DNA from: Macrostomum lignano | Taxonomy: Eukaryota | DNA length: 64,000 nt | NCBI GenBank assembly: GCA_002269645.1 | Contig: NIVC01002848.1 | Coordinates: forward strand, 1 to 64,000 | Reading direction: 5' to 3' | The notes under the pieces: model-generated | What the model saw: the letters and a program-made list of their open reading frames with translations, nothing else | Databases searched by the model: none | What the model was told of the DNA's origin: nothing | Program-made: the position numbers and the translations under genes | Shown: positions 10,760 through 29,487 of the stretch, piece after piece | Layout of the letters: every line of letters starts with the position of its first letter | How positions within the stretch are numbered: the first letter of the stretch is position 1

Positions 10760-12890
10760 AAATTCGTAGGCTTCAGGAACAGTTTCCCACTGGGGGCAGT
10801 CTGCTAATCCACATATACTAAATGCGTAGGCTTCAGGACCTGTTTCCCACTGGGGGCAGTCTGCTAGTCCACATATACTAAATGCGTAGGCTTCAGGACC
10901 TGTTTCCCACTGGGGGCAGTCTGCTAGTCCACATATACTAAATGCGTAGGCTTCAGGACCTGTTTCCCACTGGGGGCAGTCTGCTAGTCCACATATACTA
11001 AATGCGTAGGCTTCAGGAACAGTTTCCCACTGGGGGCAGTCTGCTAGTCCACATATACTAAATGCGTAGGCTTCAGGAACAGTTTCCCACTGGGGGCAGT
11101 CTGCTAGTCCACATATACTAAATGCGTAGGCTTCAGGAACAGTTTCCCACTGGGGCAGTCTGCTAGTCCACAAATACTAAATGCGTAGGCTTCAGGAACA
11201 GTTTCCCACTGGGGGCAGTCTGCTAGTCCACATATACTAAATGCGTAGGCTTCAGGAACAGTTTCCCACTGGGGGCAGTCTGCTAGTCCACATATACTAA
11301 ATGCGTAGGCTTCAGGAACAGTTTCCCACTGGGGGCAGTCTGCTAGTCCACATATACTAAATGCGTAGGCTTCAGGAACAGTTTCCCACTGGGGGCAGTC
11401 TGCTAGTCCACATATACTAAATTCGTAGGCTTCAGGAACAGTTTCCCACTGGGGGCAGTCTGCTAGTCCACATATACTAAATGCGTAGGCTTCAGGAACA
11501 GTTTCCCACTGGGGGGCTAGTCTGCTAGTCCACATATACTAAATGCGTAGGCTTCAGGAACAGTTTCCCACTGGGGGCAGTCTGCTACCATATGTACTAA
11601 ATGCGTAGGCTTCAGGAACAGTTTCCCACTGGGGGCAGTCTGCTACCATATGTACTAAATGCGTAGGCTTCAGGAACAGTTTCCCACTTGGGGGGCTAGT
11701 CTGCTAGTCCACATATACTAAATGCGTAGGCTTCAGGAACAGTTTCCCACTTGGGGGGCTAGTCTGCTAGTCCACATATACTAAATGCGTAGGCTTCAGG
11801 AACAGTTTCCCACTGGGGGGGCTAGTCTGCTAGTCCACATATACTAAATGCGTAGGCTTCAGGAACAGTTTCCCACTGGGGGCAGTCTGCTAGTCTACAT
11901 ATACTAAATGCGTAGGCTTCAGGAACAGTTTCCCACTGGGGGCAGTCTGCTAGTCCACATATACTAAATGCGTAGGCTTCAGGAACAGTTTCCCACTGGG
12001 GGCAGTCTGCTAGTCCACATATACTAAATGCGTAGGCTTCAGGAACAGTTTCCCACTGGGGCAGTCTGCTAGTCCACAAATACTAAATGCGTAGGCTTCA
12101 GGAACAGTTTCCCACTGGGGGCAGTCTGCTAGTCCACATATACTAAATGCGTAGGCTTCAGGAACAGTTTCCCACTGGGAATCCGCTAGTCTGCTAGTCC
12201 ACATATACTAAATGCATAGGCTTCAGGAACAGTTTCCCACTTGGGGGGCTAGTCTGCTAGTCCACATATACTAAATGCGTAGGCTTCAGGACCTGTTTCC
12301 CACTTGGGGGGGGGGGGGCTAGTCTGCTAGTCCACATATACTAAATGCGTAGGCTTCAGGAACGGTTTCCCACTGGGGGCAGTCTGCTAGTCCACATATA
12401 CTAAATGCGTAGGCTTCAGGAACAGTTTCCCACTGGGGGCAGTCTGCTAGTCCACATATACTAAATGCGTAGGCTTCAGGAACAGTTTCCCACTGGGGGC
12501 AGTCTGCTAGTCCACAAATACTAAATGCGTAGGCTTCAGGAACAGTTTCCCACTGGGGGCAGTCTGCTAGTCCACATATACTAAATGCGTAGGCTTCAGG
12601 AACAGTTTCCCACTGGGAATCCGCTAGTCTGCTAGTCCACATATACTAAATGCGTAGGCTTCAGGAACAGTTTCCCACTTGGGGGGCTAGTCTGCTAGTC
12701 CACGTATACTAAATGCGTAGGCTTCAGGAACAGTTTCCCACTTGGGGGGCTAGTCTGCTAGTCCACATATACTAAATGCGTAGGCTTCAGGACCTGTTTC
12801 CCACTTGGGGGGGGGGGGGGCTAGTCTGCTAGTCCACATATACTAAATGCGTAGGCTTCAGGAACAGTTTCCCACTGGGAATCCGCTAGT
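10760..12890. repeat. Highly homogeneous 60-bp satellite (GTAGGCTTCAGGAACAGTTTCCCACTGGGGGCAGTCTGCTAGTCCACATATACTAAATGC), about 35 copies
   Basis: Directly visible. Variation lies mainly in the G-run. There are no unique spacers. Confidence 0.98.
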
Positions 12891-13444
12891 CTACAGACAC
12901 GCTCGTATTGTACTAAATTGTAACATTGAAATTCTAAGTGCTAGCTAGGAAGACGATAAAATGCTAATTTATGCGCTTACAGTTGGCAATTAACGGGCTT
13001 AACCTTCTCTTCTGAATGGCTCTAATTGATTGAAGGGTCAATACGCATGTCCTCTGTAAATCTCCTCCCAGAAGTTTCGATCAAATCAAGCCTATTATAT
13101 TTTATTTATCACAAAAGCTGCTATCGCTGCGAAAATTCATAGTACGCTTACATTTGAATTTTTGTTCCAATCGTTAAACAAAAGCTGTATTGATATTGTT
13201 GTCATGTGCGTCTTAAACTATTTTTTACTCAAGGTTATTCTTGTCGCGTCCTTTAATATAAAACTACGAGTACATGGCTGACACCAATTCTATCGTGCAT
13301 TTTGCACAGAATTCATTTTGTCTCTGGCAAATTAACAAAAAATCGAGCATAACTGCGTTTTGTTTTTTAATATATATTTTATGATCTACTGTACATTGAT
13401 GGCCTCTGAACAGTTTCAGTGAAATACGAAACTTTGGCATCTTA

Positions 13445-13625
13445 GCAACTCGATCCCATTGAGCCAATTGGCATCTCAGCAACTCCCCATTGAGTCAATT
13501 GGCATCTCAGCAACTCTTCATTGAGCCATGGCATCTCAGCAACTCCCCATTAAGCCATGGCATCTCAGCAACTCCCCATTAAGCCATGGCATCTCAGCAA
13601 CTCCCCATTGAGCCATGGTATCTCG
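13445..13625. repeat. Short ~30-bp tandem repeat GCCATGGCATCTCAGCAACTCCCCATTGA
   Basis: About six copies visible. Confidence 0.85.
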
Positions 13626-13785
13626 ACAACACCGATCACTCAATACTTGGCACTAAGTCAGGTGCTATGTATCTTAGTTAAATGTGTTATGTCAATAATT
13701 TATACACAGATTTAGTCTTTTCGACCGTATATTTGTAATCGATCGAGAGCGCCTTTGACTACTCAAAGTACAAGTAATTTTAGAA

Positions 13786-16700
13786 TTAACTGTCAGACTC
13801 GTCATCCAAACAGACGCCGCAGCCAAAGCATCCAGCCACATGTTGACTGACAAATTCAATGAGCACAGCTGGCAGTCTTCCAGCAGCAGTCAACTGCCAG
13901 GCTCTCTGACGGCCCAGCAACTCGGCTGCTAGGCATCGAAGACTGTCTCTGCAGCAGCTGCAAAATTTTTGTTTACAAGTTTGTTTTTTCTCGTTTTTTG
14001 AAACGGTAAGTTTGGTGAACCCCACTGTATCGTAGCTGATTACCCCCACTGTCTCACAGCTGATTACCCCACTGTTTCACAGCTGATTACCCCACTGTCT
14101 CACAGCTGATTACCCCACTGTTTCACAGCTGATTACCCCACTGTCTCACAGCTGATTACCCCACTGTCTCACAGCTGATTACCCCCACTGTCTCACAGCT
14201 GATTACCCCACTGTTTCACAGCTGATTACCCCACTGTCTCACAGCTGATTACCCCACTGTCTCACAGCTGATTACCCCACTGTCTCACAGCTGATTACCC
14301 CACTGTCTCACAGCTGATTACCCCACTGTCTCACAGCTGATTACCCCACTGTCTCACAGCTGATTACCCCACTGTCTCACAGCTGATTACCCCACTGTCT
14401 CACAGCTGATTACCCCACTGTCTCACAGCTGATTACCCCCACTGTCTCAAAGCTGATAACCCCCACTGTTTCACAGCTGATTACCCCACTGTCTCACAGC
14501 TGATTACCCCACTGTCTCACAGCTGATTACCCCACTGTCTCACAGCTGATTACCCCACTGTCTCACAGCTGATTACCCCACTGTCTCACAGCTGATTACC
14601 CCCACTGTCTCACAGCTGATTACCCCCACTGTCTCAAAGCTGATAACCCCCACTGTTTCACAGCTGATTACCCCACTGTCTCAGCTGATGACCCCACTGT
14701 CTTATAGCTGATGACCCCACTGTCTCAGCTGATGACCCCACTGTCTCAGCTGATGACCCCACTGTCTCAGCTGATTACCCCACTGTCTCAAAGCTGATTA
14801 CATCACTGTTTCACAGCTGATTACCCCCACTGTTTCACAGCTGATTACATCACTGTAAGAGTTACTCACTTCATTTTTAGCGACTCTTCAAAGAACTTTT
14901 TGTGCTGATATCTGAAAAAAACAAGCGATACTACATTATAAAGCCTTCTTATATTGCTAACAAAGAAGTAAGTTTGCTGTGTATTGCTAAATTTTAAGAA
15001 GCATCTTAGTATTAAAATAGGACTCTATAAAATTTCCTTGAAAATATTCTAATGATGTTTGATAACAGGATTGTTAGAATATATGCATATTCTTCTGACT
15101 GCGATTATAGGAATTAGAGGTTAATTCTGTAAATTTTCTGTAAATTCATATATTTTTGAAGCATCGATATAACCTTCTGCAACTTCTGCGGGTCTTTTAT
15201 TTGATTTTGAACTTTTTCACTATACAGGATGCCAGCTGCAGAATCCCGGTTTTCAACTTGGCATCCTGGATTCGGATCCATCATGATGTCAACCCCTCCC
15301 CCCCAGGCTCACGGCAGCAACAGAGCGACTAGCTCGTGATTTCTCGCTTCCACAGCCAGCCTCAACGGTGTCACTTGCGCCAGGCAAGAACTGCTGTTGT
15401 CCCAGTCGGCACCTCCGGACAGCAACGATCTAGCTGCCAACGTCGCTTCCGCCGTCGTCATGCCAGTCGTCGCGAGCAGCATCAACGGTGTTCGATTGTC
15501 CTCGTCTACAGCGTTGACTGGAGCTCCGAGATCCAGCAGGATAGCCAGGCTAGACGGCGGAGCCCCGGCGCTGGCGGCCCGATGCAGACAGCTGACGCCC
15601 CAGACGTTTGAACAGGACACGTCGGCGAGGTCGGCCAGGCGTTGCAGCACCGCCGTTGGACAGGCGGCCGACTTGAAGGCGCGCATCGCCGGTGTCCAGC
15701 CGTCGCGGTCGGGCAAGTCGCAGTTGACCCGATTGGCGTCTTCGAGGAGGCCGGACCAGTTTGAGGACTCAATTAGCTGCTCAAGATGGTCGCGCATGTC
15801 CATCTCCTGGAGCAGTTTGCAGGAGGTGGATTGATCATCTTGATGGTGGCGTCTAATACTCATTCTGATCTTGGCGCCTAACGTTCATCTTGATCTTGGC
15901 GCCTAATGTTCATCTTGATCTTGGCGTCTATGTTCATCTTGATCTTGGCGCTTAATGCTCATCCTGATCTTGGCGCTTAATGCTCATCTTGATCTTGGCG
16001 CTTAATGCTCATCCTGATCTTGGCGCTTAATGCTCATCCTGATCTTGGCGCTTAATGCTCATCTTGATCTTGGCGCCTAATGTTCATTCTGATCTTGGCG
16101 CTTAATGTTCATCTTGATCTTGGCGCCTATAATGCTCATCTTGATCTTGGCGCCTAATGTTCATCTTGATCTTGGCGCCTAATATGCTCATCTTGATCTT
16201 GGCGCCTAATGTTCATCTTGATCTTGGCGCCTAATATGCTCATCTTGATCTTGGCGCCTAATATGCTCATCTTGATCTTGGCGCCTAATATGCTCATCTG
16301 GATCTTGGCGCCTAATGTTCATCTGGATCTTGGCGCCTAATGTTCATCCTGATCTTGGCGCTTAATGCTCATCTTGATCTTGGCGCCTAATGCTCATCTT
16401 GATCTTGGCGCTTAATGCTCATCTTGATCTTGGCGCCTATAATGTTCATCTTGATCTTGGCGCCTATAATGTTCATCTTGATCTTGGCGCCTAATGTTCA
16501 TCCTGATCTTGGCGCCTAATGCTCATCTTGATCTTTGCGCCAAATGATAATCTTAGCATTTTGAGCATCTTCATTTGACTTTTTTCTTGTTCCTTAAAAT
16601 GATTAATTGAAGGGAATATAATTCGCAGACACACTACTTACAGTAGACGACAGGCCTTTGATAGAACCCGCGCCGTTGAATGAGACAACTAGACGACGCT

Positions 16701-17759
16701 CTCTGTAGATTTATCGAATTAAGTTTGTTTTTTCATTTGTTAAGGCTGTATCCTGTATTTTAAAGTAGCATCAGGGAAGGCCCTTCCACCCGACGACAAT
16801 GTACATTCTGATAAAAGCAGCCCCTCCAATCCGCTTGGCATGTGTACATTCAATCCCCACTTGACTGCTATATATACATGTGTATTTCTATCCCCTGAGG
16901 AGTAAAGTCTAACCCCAATGTACATCGAACTATTTCGCCATTAATACCTCACCCTTAGGTCTGTACATTCAGGCTTCAGCCTCAGCGGTAATTAAATTAA
17001 CTTTCTTCATGAAATGTTTTCAAAACATGTAAATGGAAAATTCCCTAAAATCTAATCTCTAATTGGTCTTGAAACTTTATTTCAAGATTATTCGTGCACA
17101 AGCCATAAATTAATGTGTCAGCGCACGGGATTGAGCCAACGGTCGTGGCGTGGCCCCTGACGAAACACCTTTATATAGATACTGCACCCTCACCTCTCAA
17201 TAATCCTAGCTAGTTCAAAGTGCCCAGAGTCAGTTGCCAAGTCCTGTGCAGTCCGACCCGATTCGTCCTGCATCTTCAGCAACTCGACACGACCTCTGCT
17301 GCCGTATCTGCCGCCTCCCCTGCCGCCTCTGCTGACCTGAACAAACTTGGCCTGTCTAAGCAGGTGCAACAGGTGCTTGGCACACCGCCAACAGCCAGAC
17401 TTAGCCGCCTCCATTAGCGGGGTCCGGCTGGACTCGTTCACCTGCCATTTGGCCCGGAACGGCAGCAGGGCCAACACTCGCAGGTGATCCCGTCGGGCTG
17501 CCATATGAGCCGCCGTGTCGCCTGACGACAATTCGACGGCTTGCGGTTCGGCGCCGAGGTTTAAAAAGTACTCGATGCACTTGCCAGTCTGAGGCGGAGT
17601 CCAGTCGGTATCGGCAGTCAGCATGATTATGGTGCGATTGAGCTCGTCTCGGGCTTTCACGAGACCTGAGGTTGCGAGACGGCGGACTTCATCAAAGTCA
17701 CCTCGTATGGCCACTTTGGCAAGCAGTTGCAGAGCCTGAAGTACAGGTTGGACAGGCAT
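13786..17759 (-). CDS. Ankyrin-repeat protein with a C-terminal BC-box/cullin-box-like tail; proposed exons 17759-17194, 16702-16642, 15806-15313, 13957-13786 (~430 aa; may instead be two genes)
   Basis: Ankyrin motifs GDTAAHMAA, RTPLMEAA, GRTAQDLA, GWTPAMRA, GVSCLHRAA, RTPLMLLA and VTPLRLAV. All junctions are GT-AG and phase-compatible (2, 0, 2). The last exon reads SLRCLAAELL...LPAVLIEFVSQH. Confidence 0.7.
14030..14855. repeat. Minisatellite, 23-bp unit CAGCTGATTACCCCACTGTCTCA, intronic
   Basis: Directly visible. Confidence 0.96.
15866..16540. repeat. Minisatellite, 25-bp unit GATCTTGGCGCCTAATGTTCATCTT, intronic
   Basis: Directly visible. The unit resembles the adjacent unique sequence 15835-15866. 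Confidence 0.96.
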
Positions 17760-19190
17760 AAATATACTGATTACCGATCATGTGATAATTTTGTGCCAAT
17801 TGCCAAAGCCTTGCGATAGCCTTGATAATCTAGAAAGTTTAAACAAAAGTGTTTTTTATAAAGCAAATTAATCAGGGCACAATTGTTTGACTGGAACTAA
17901 AAACTGTATTTTTTAAACAAAGTATAAGTTAAAACGTATCCTTTTTGGACAAATTTTTTATTGGTTCAGATAAATTATTTTTATTTTTAACAATAAGCTT
18001 AGATAACCCAATAAGGTGAGCACTCGCCAGAAATTATAGTCTATAAAAACTTAGCATAAAATATGGCTGGATATTATAGTATTACAATGTATTTATAATA
18101 ATCAGTATAATAGCCAGTATGATTCTAGAATTTTAGTCAAGTGCTATTAAATTTAAAGGTTTTGCTTAATATAGAACATGGAATAAACTATATTCATTGG
18201 TCCAGAGTAATGCAACGAAATATTATAACGTTGCATAAATGCACTAAGTTAATAAGAAACACAAAAAAGTTATAAAAATTGGAATTAGCTACACAAATAA
18301 ACATGAATTTTTTTTAATGTATGTCATTGAATTTGTTAGACAATTTGATATGCATATTAATTATAGTTATAAAAAATCGATCGATGTGCACATATGTGGA
18401 AAATTGCAAAAATAATTTTGCGAGCCCTGTTGTTAGTTTAAAGGTTGATATACGGCAAACATCATCGAGGGGCGAGGGCACTCTATGTGTTTCGAAGAAT
18501 ATTAGTAATTTAAATTTATGCCTCAGTTTCCATAGACGCGCTTGTGTCCACCAAATTGATTAATTACAAGGGCTAGGCTATGTGCTTCTGCTTTAAGATC
18601 AACTTTGCGACTCTTAAGTTTTATTCTTTAAAATAAAATATTTAATTTAATTGTCAGCTAGAGGTTCTAAGAACGGTGGGGGACAGAGCATAAAACATAA
18701 GCCCCAAAGCTACAAATGTCGCGACGACAAACTAAACTTATGCTAGTCATCATGGATACTCTAGTTGTCCATGCATGGATAGCAAACAGCTCACAGAAAA
18801 TTCAATGAGCCAAAGCAGATCTTTTTTCCAAAAAATCAATAAAGTGAGCCGCTGTTGATTTGGATTTTGGATAGAAGATTTTTTTATTTTGATAAGCTGA
18901 ACTTGCCAAAAAACTCCGAGTTTTAACACAGCCATTTAAAACAAATGTTTTTCTTTTAAACTATAGCAATATAAGCAAAATTTTATCACACGTTAAATTA
19001 GTGATAAGACACTGCAGTACAATATTTATCAGTATTATCTTTAAGATTTTTTTATTACCACCCACCAACTCTGTTTATGTACACTGGGGCTGGATAATTA
19101 TGATTTTCTAGATACGAAGTGTTTTAGAGCTAGCCGCTTAGCTAAAAAGTTTTGCTTACGAGAAAATTCATTGCACCTCACGGCTCCATT

Positions 19191-25763
<6,573 letters not shown>

Positions 25764-26009
25764 AAGTTTGCTTTTTGAAGGCCTATTCTGTTCAGGTATA
25801 CTGCGCTTGCATGTACAGGTCGAGTACCAGTTTGAAGTTCTGTAAGATCTAAGAGCTTTGATAAAGAGGAATATATGCTCGCAGGTGACTGGTGAATGGA
25901 AGCCCTAAAGTACATTGGTGCCCTAGATAAAGACATTAGACGACATTAAGTACATTAAATTTTTTAGATAGACCCTAATATCACAAAGTACGTGTAAATT
26001 AGAGCCCAT

Positions 26010-26710
26010 AGATGAAGACCATAGACACCATAAAGTACACCGGAACCGTTAGATAAAAACCATAGACACCATAAAGTACACTGGAACCGCTAGATAAAGA
26101 GCATAGACACCATAAAATACACTGGAACCGCTAGATAAAGAGCATAGACACCATAAAGTACACTGGAACCGCTAGATAAAGAGCATAGACACCATAAAGT
26201 ACACTGGAACCACTAGATAAAGAGCATAGACACCATAAAGTACACTGAAACCGCTAGATAAAGAGCATAGACACCATAAAGTACACTGGAACCGCTAGAT
26301 AAAGAGCATAGACACCATAAAATACACTGGAACCGCTAGATAAAGAGCATAGACACCATAAAGTACACTGGAACCGCTAGATAAAGAGCATAGACACCAT
26401 AAAGTACACTGGAACCGCTAGATAAAGAGCATAGACACCATAAAGTACACTGGAACCGCTAGATAAAGAGCATAGACACCATAAAGTACACTGGAACCGC
26501 TAGATAAAGAGCATAGACACCATAAAATACACTGGAACCGCTAGATAAAGAGCATAGACACCATAAAGTACACTGGAACCGCTAGATAAAGAGCATAGAC
26601 ACCATAAAGTACACTGGAACCGCTAGATAAAGAGCATAGACACCATAAAGTACACTGAAACCTCTACTAGATAAAGGCCACAGACACCATAAAGTACACT
26701 GGAACCACGA
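26010..26710. repeat. Minisatellite, 41-bp unit AGACACCATAAAGTACACTGGAACCGCTAGATAAAGAGCAT
   Basis: Directly visible. Confidence 0.96.
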
Positions 26711-27369
26711 GGTTAGGTATCCGAGAACACCGAGAATAGTTCAGTAAATACATTGTAATCCCTTGGACACCCATAAGATTTACGATAGTCGAGTTTTAAA
26801 AAAAACATTTTATCGGCCTTTAAAAAACATTGAACCTTTTTTACGCAACTTCTTGGCGATGCCACTACTTAAATCACTGTGATTTTACTACTGACTTAGT
26901 AGTAGTAATTGGCTTATAGCGGCAAAAAGCGCTGTTACTTCAAAAAATGATATTTATTCAATTTTAATTTTCTCTCGCCCTATTAACCTAATTAAATTAT
27001 ATTTATGACGAGAACTTTTTAAGATCATGTAAATTTATACATTTTGTAGTAAAAAGTCTACAATACTTTTTTTCCAATGAAATAATGTGCCATGCCATAT
27101 TCAATAAATAATCTTATAAAATACGAGTGTAAAACTTTTCTCACTTCTTCCATTCAAGGCTCGTACATTTTACTATAAGTAGCAAAGTGAACAAATTTGC
27201 TGCTATAATTATATTTACTTCTTTTATTAAGTGGCCTTCACATAGCATATAATATATATATTATAAATAAATAAAACCTGCTCAAATCAAGGTCTGCAAT
27301 GGCCTCCTTGACCATTTTTGCTAAATTATTTTGTTACAACTTGCTTTTCCAGCTGAAGCTGAAATGCAA

Positions 27370-27600
27370 CTATCCATCTACTCACCCACCCACCCATCTA
27401 CCCACCCACCCACCTACTCACCCACCCATCTACCCACCCACCTACTCACCCACCCACCCATCTACCCAGCCATCACCCATCTACCCAGCCATCACCCATC
27501 TACCCAGCCACCCATCTACTAAACCACCCACTAATACATCTACACAGCCACCCATCTGTCTACCCAGCCACCCATCTGTCTACCTACCCACCTACCCAGC
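27370..27600. repeat. Degenerate CACC/CATCTACC simple repeat
   Basis: Directly visible. Confidence 0.85.
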
Positions 27601-28504
27601 CATGAAGAGGCATGGAAATGAGCTGAATCCGACAAATATCCAACAAAGCAGTTTTAGATGTCAAGCATTAACTCAGAGCTCAGAGCCGGCATTGCACTCA
27701 AAGCTCATGTGCAGAACAACAGCAAATAATGTGTTAGTAAGTATATTTTAACTGAATTTCTTTTACAGAGTTGAGAAGCTGTGAATAGAATTGACTCATA
27801 TTGCAATACGGACTGAAGCATATCAGTAATAAACACAGGTAAAGCTTACTTATCATTAAAACAGAAGTTGCTCAAATCCTAGGCCATTTAGAAGCGTTAT
27901 ATGAAGGACAAAAACTTGTAAATTAGTTGGATCTCGCTAAGAAAATGCAGACAAACAAAATAAAATCAGATTGACTTCAGAGAACGCGCAGGGCATGCGA
28001 GAAGTTAGTCATGTTATACAAGAAATTCCAAGTGTTACACACTCGCATAATACTACTAAAAGCATTATTACAGGTGCAATAAGTAGTTAATAATAATAAT
28101 ATTAATTATTTTATTTATCATTACGACAGGCGAGCAAATTAAAAGCCAGTAAAAACACCAAATACTTGAAGCAGTTAATAAACTTGTGTAATAATTAAAT
28201 TGAATAAACAACAGTAAACCCATGCATATAACTTATTAATTGAAACAATAGCAAAGTGCCGACTTCGTGAAAGCATCGAGAACAATTTAGTGTGAACAAC
28301 CTTTTTCCTGCCTAGAATCAAATAGACGCAGAGAATGAAAATACAAATTTATTAATTATTATTGCAATATAACGAGTGTCGTTTCTTTATTTTGCTTAAT
28401 AAAGTGCTCACAGCATCCAGATAAAATATGAATTGAAATTAAATTACAAACACAATGTCACATTAATAAGCATAAGTAGGATCCGACAGAGTTAAAAACA
28501 TATA

Positions 28505-29270
28505 CAGGGGCGACTTTTACAGATCAAGGGGCGATTCTTACAGATCTCTAGGGCGATTCTTACAGATCAATGGGCGATTCTTACAGATCAATGGGCGATT
28601 CTTACAGATCTCTAGGGCGATTCTTACAGATCAATGGGCGATTCTTACAGATCAATGGGCGATTCTTACAGATCTAGGGGGCGATTCTTACAGATCAATG
28701 GGCGATTCTTACAGATCAATGGGCGATTCTTACAGATCAATGGGCGATTCTTACAGATCAATGGGCGATTCTTACAGATCTAGGGGACGATTCTTACAGA
28801 TCAATGGGCGATTCTTACAGATCTAGGGGGCGATTCTTACAGATCAATGGGCGATTCTTACAGATCAATGGGCGATTCTTACAGATCTAGGGGACGATTC
28901 TTACAGATCAATGGGCGATTCTTACAGATCTAGGGGGCGATTATTACAGATCAATGGGCGATTCTTACAGATCTAGGGGGCGATTCTTACCGATCTAGGG
29001 GGCGATTATTACAGATCTAGGGGGCGATTCTTACAGATCTAGGGGGCGATTATTACAGATCCAGGGGGCGATTCTTACAGATCTAGAGGGCGATTCTTAC
29101 AGATCTAGGGGGCGATTCTTACAGATCTAGGGGGCGATTATTACAGATCCAGGGGGCGATTCTTACAGATCTAGAGGGCGATTATTACAGATCTAGGGGG
29201 GCGATTCTTACAGATCTAGGGGGCGATTATTACAGATCCAGGGGGCGACTTTTATAGATCAAAGGGCGAT
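28505..29270. repeat. Minisatellite, 21-bp unit GGGCGATTCTTACAGATCAAT
   Basis: Directly visible. Confidence 0.96.
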
Positions 29271-29487
29271 TCTGAATAGAAGACGCTAACAAGCAATTAT
29301 CAAATATTTGTTAAAACAGATTCTCACAGTTCAGGGGAGAACTATTCGACAAGATTTTAATAAGATTTGTAGTAGGCAATTATCATCGTTTAAAAGCGAG
29401 TTCAGAGAGCCAAGTTAAAAAGCTAGCAGTTTCGGGAGCAAATGTACTTGTAAATAAATATTTCATGCAGACTTCACCCCGAAAAGT

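Noticed and set aside
10760-12890. CRISPR-like array or repeat protein (PQWETVPEAYAFSICGLADC)n
   Set aside because: Units are head-to-tail with no unique spacers, there are no cas genes, and the context is eukaryotic. A 20-codon unit has a sizeable chance of one stop-free frame, and G-run indels break the frame repeatedly.
17104-17165. tRNA-Leu-like gene (GTCAGG...CTGACA ends)
   Set aside because: Too short, with no D-arm, anticodon arm or GGTTCGA T-loop. Kept only as a generic hairpin finding.
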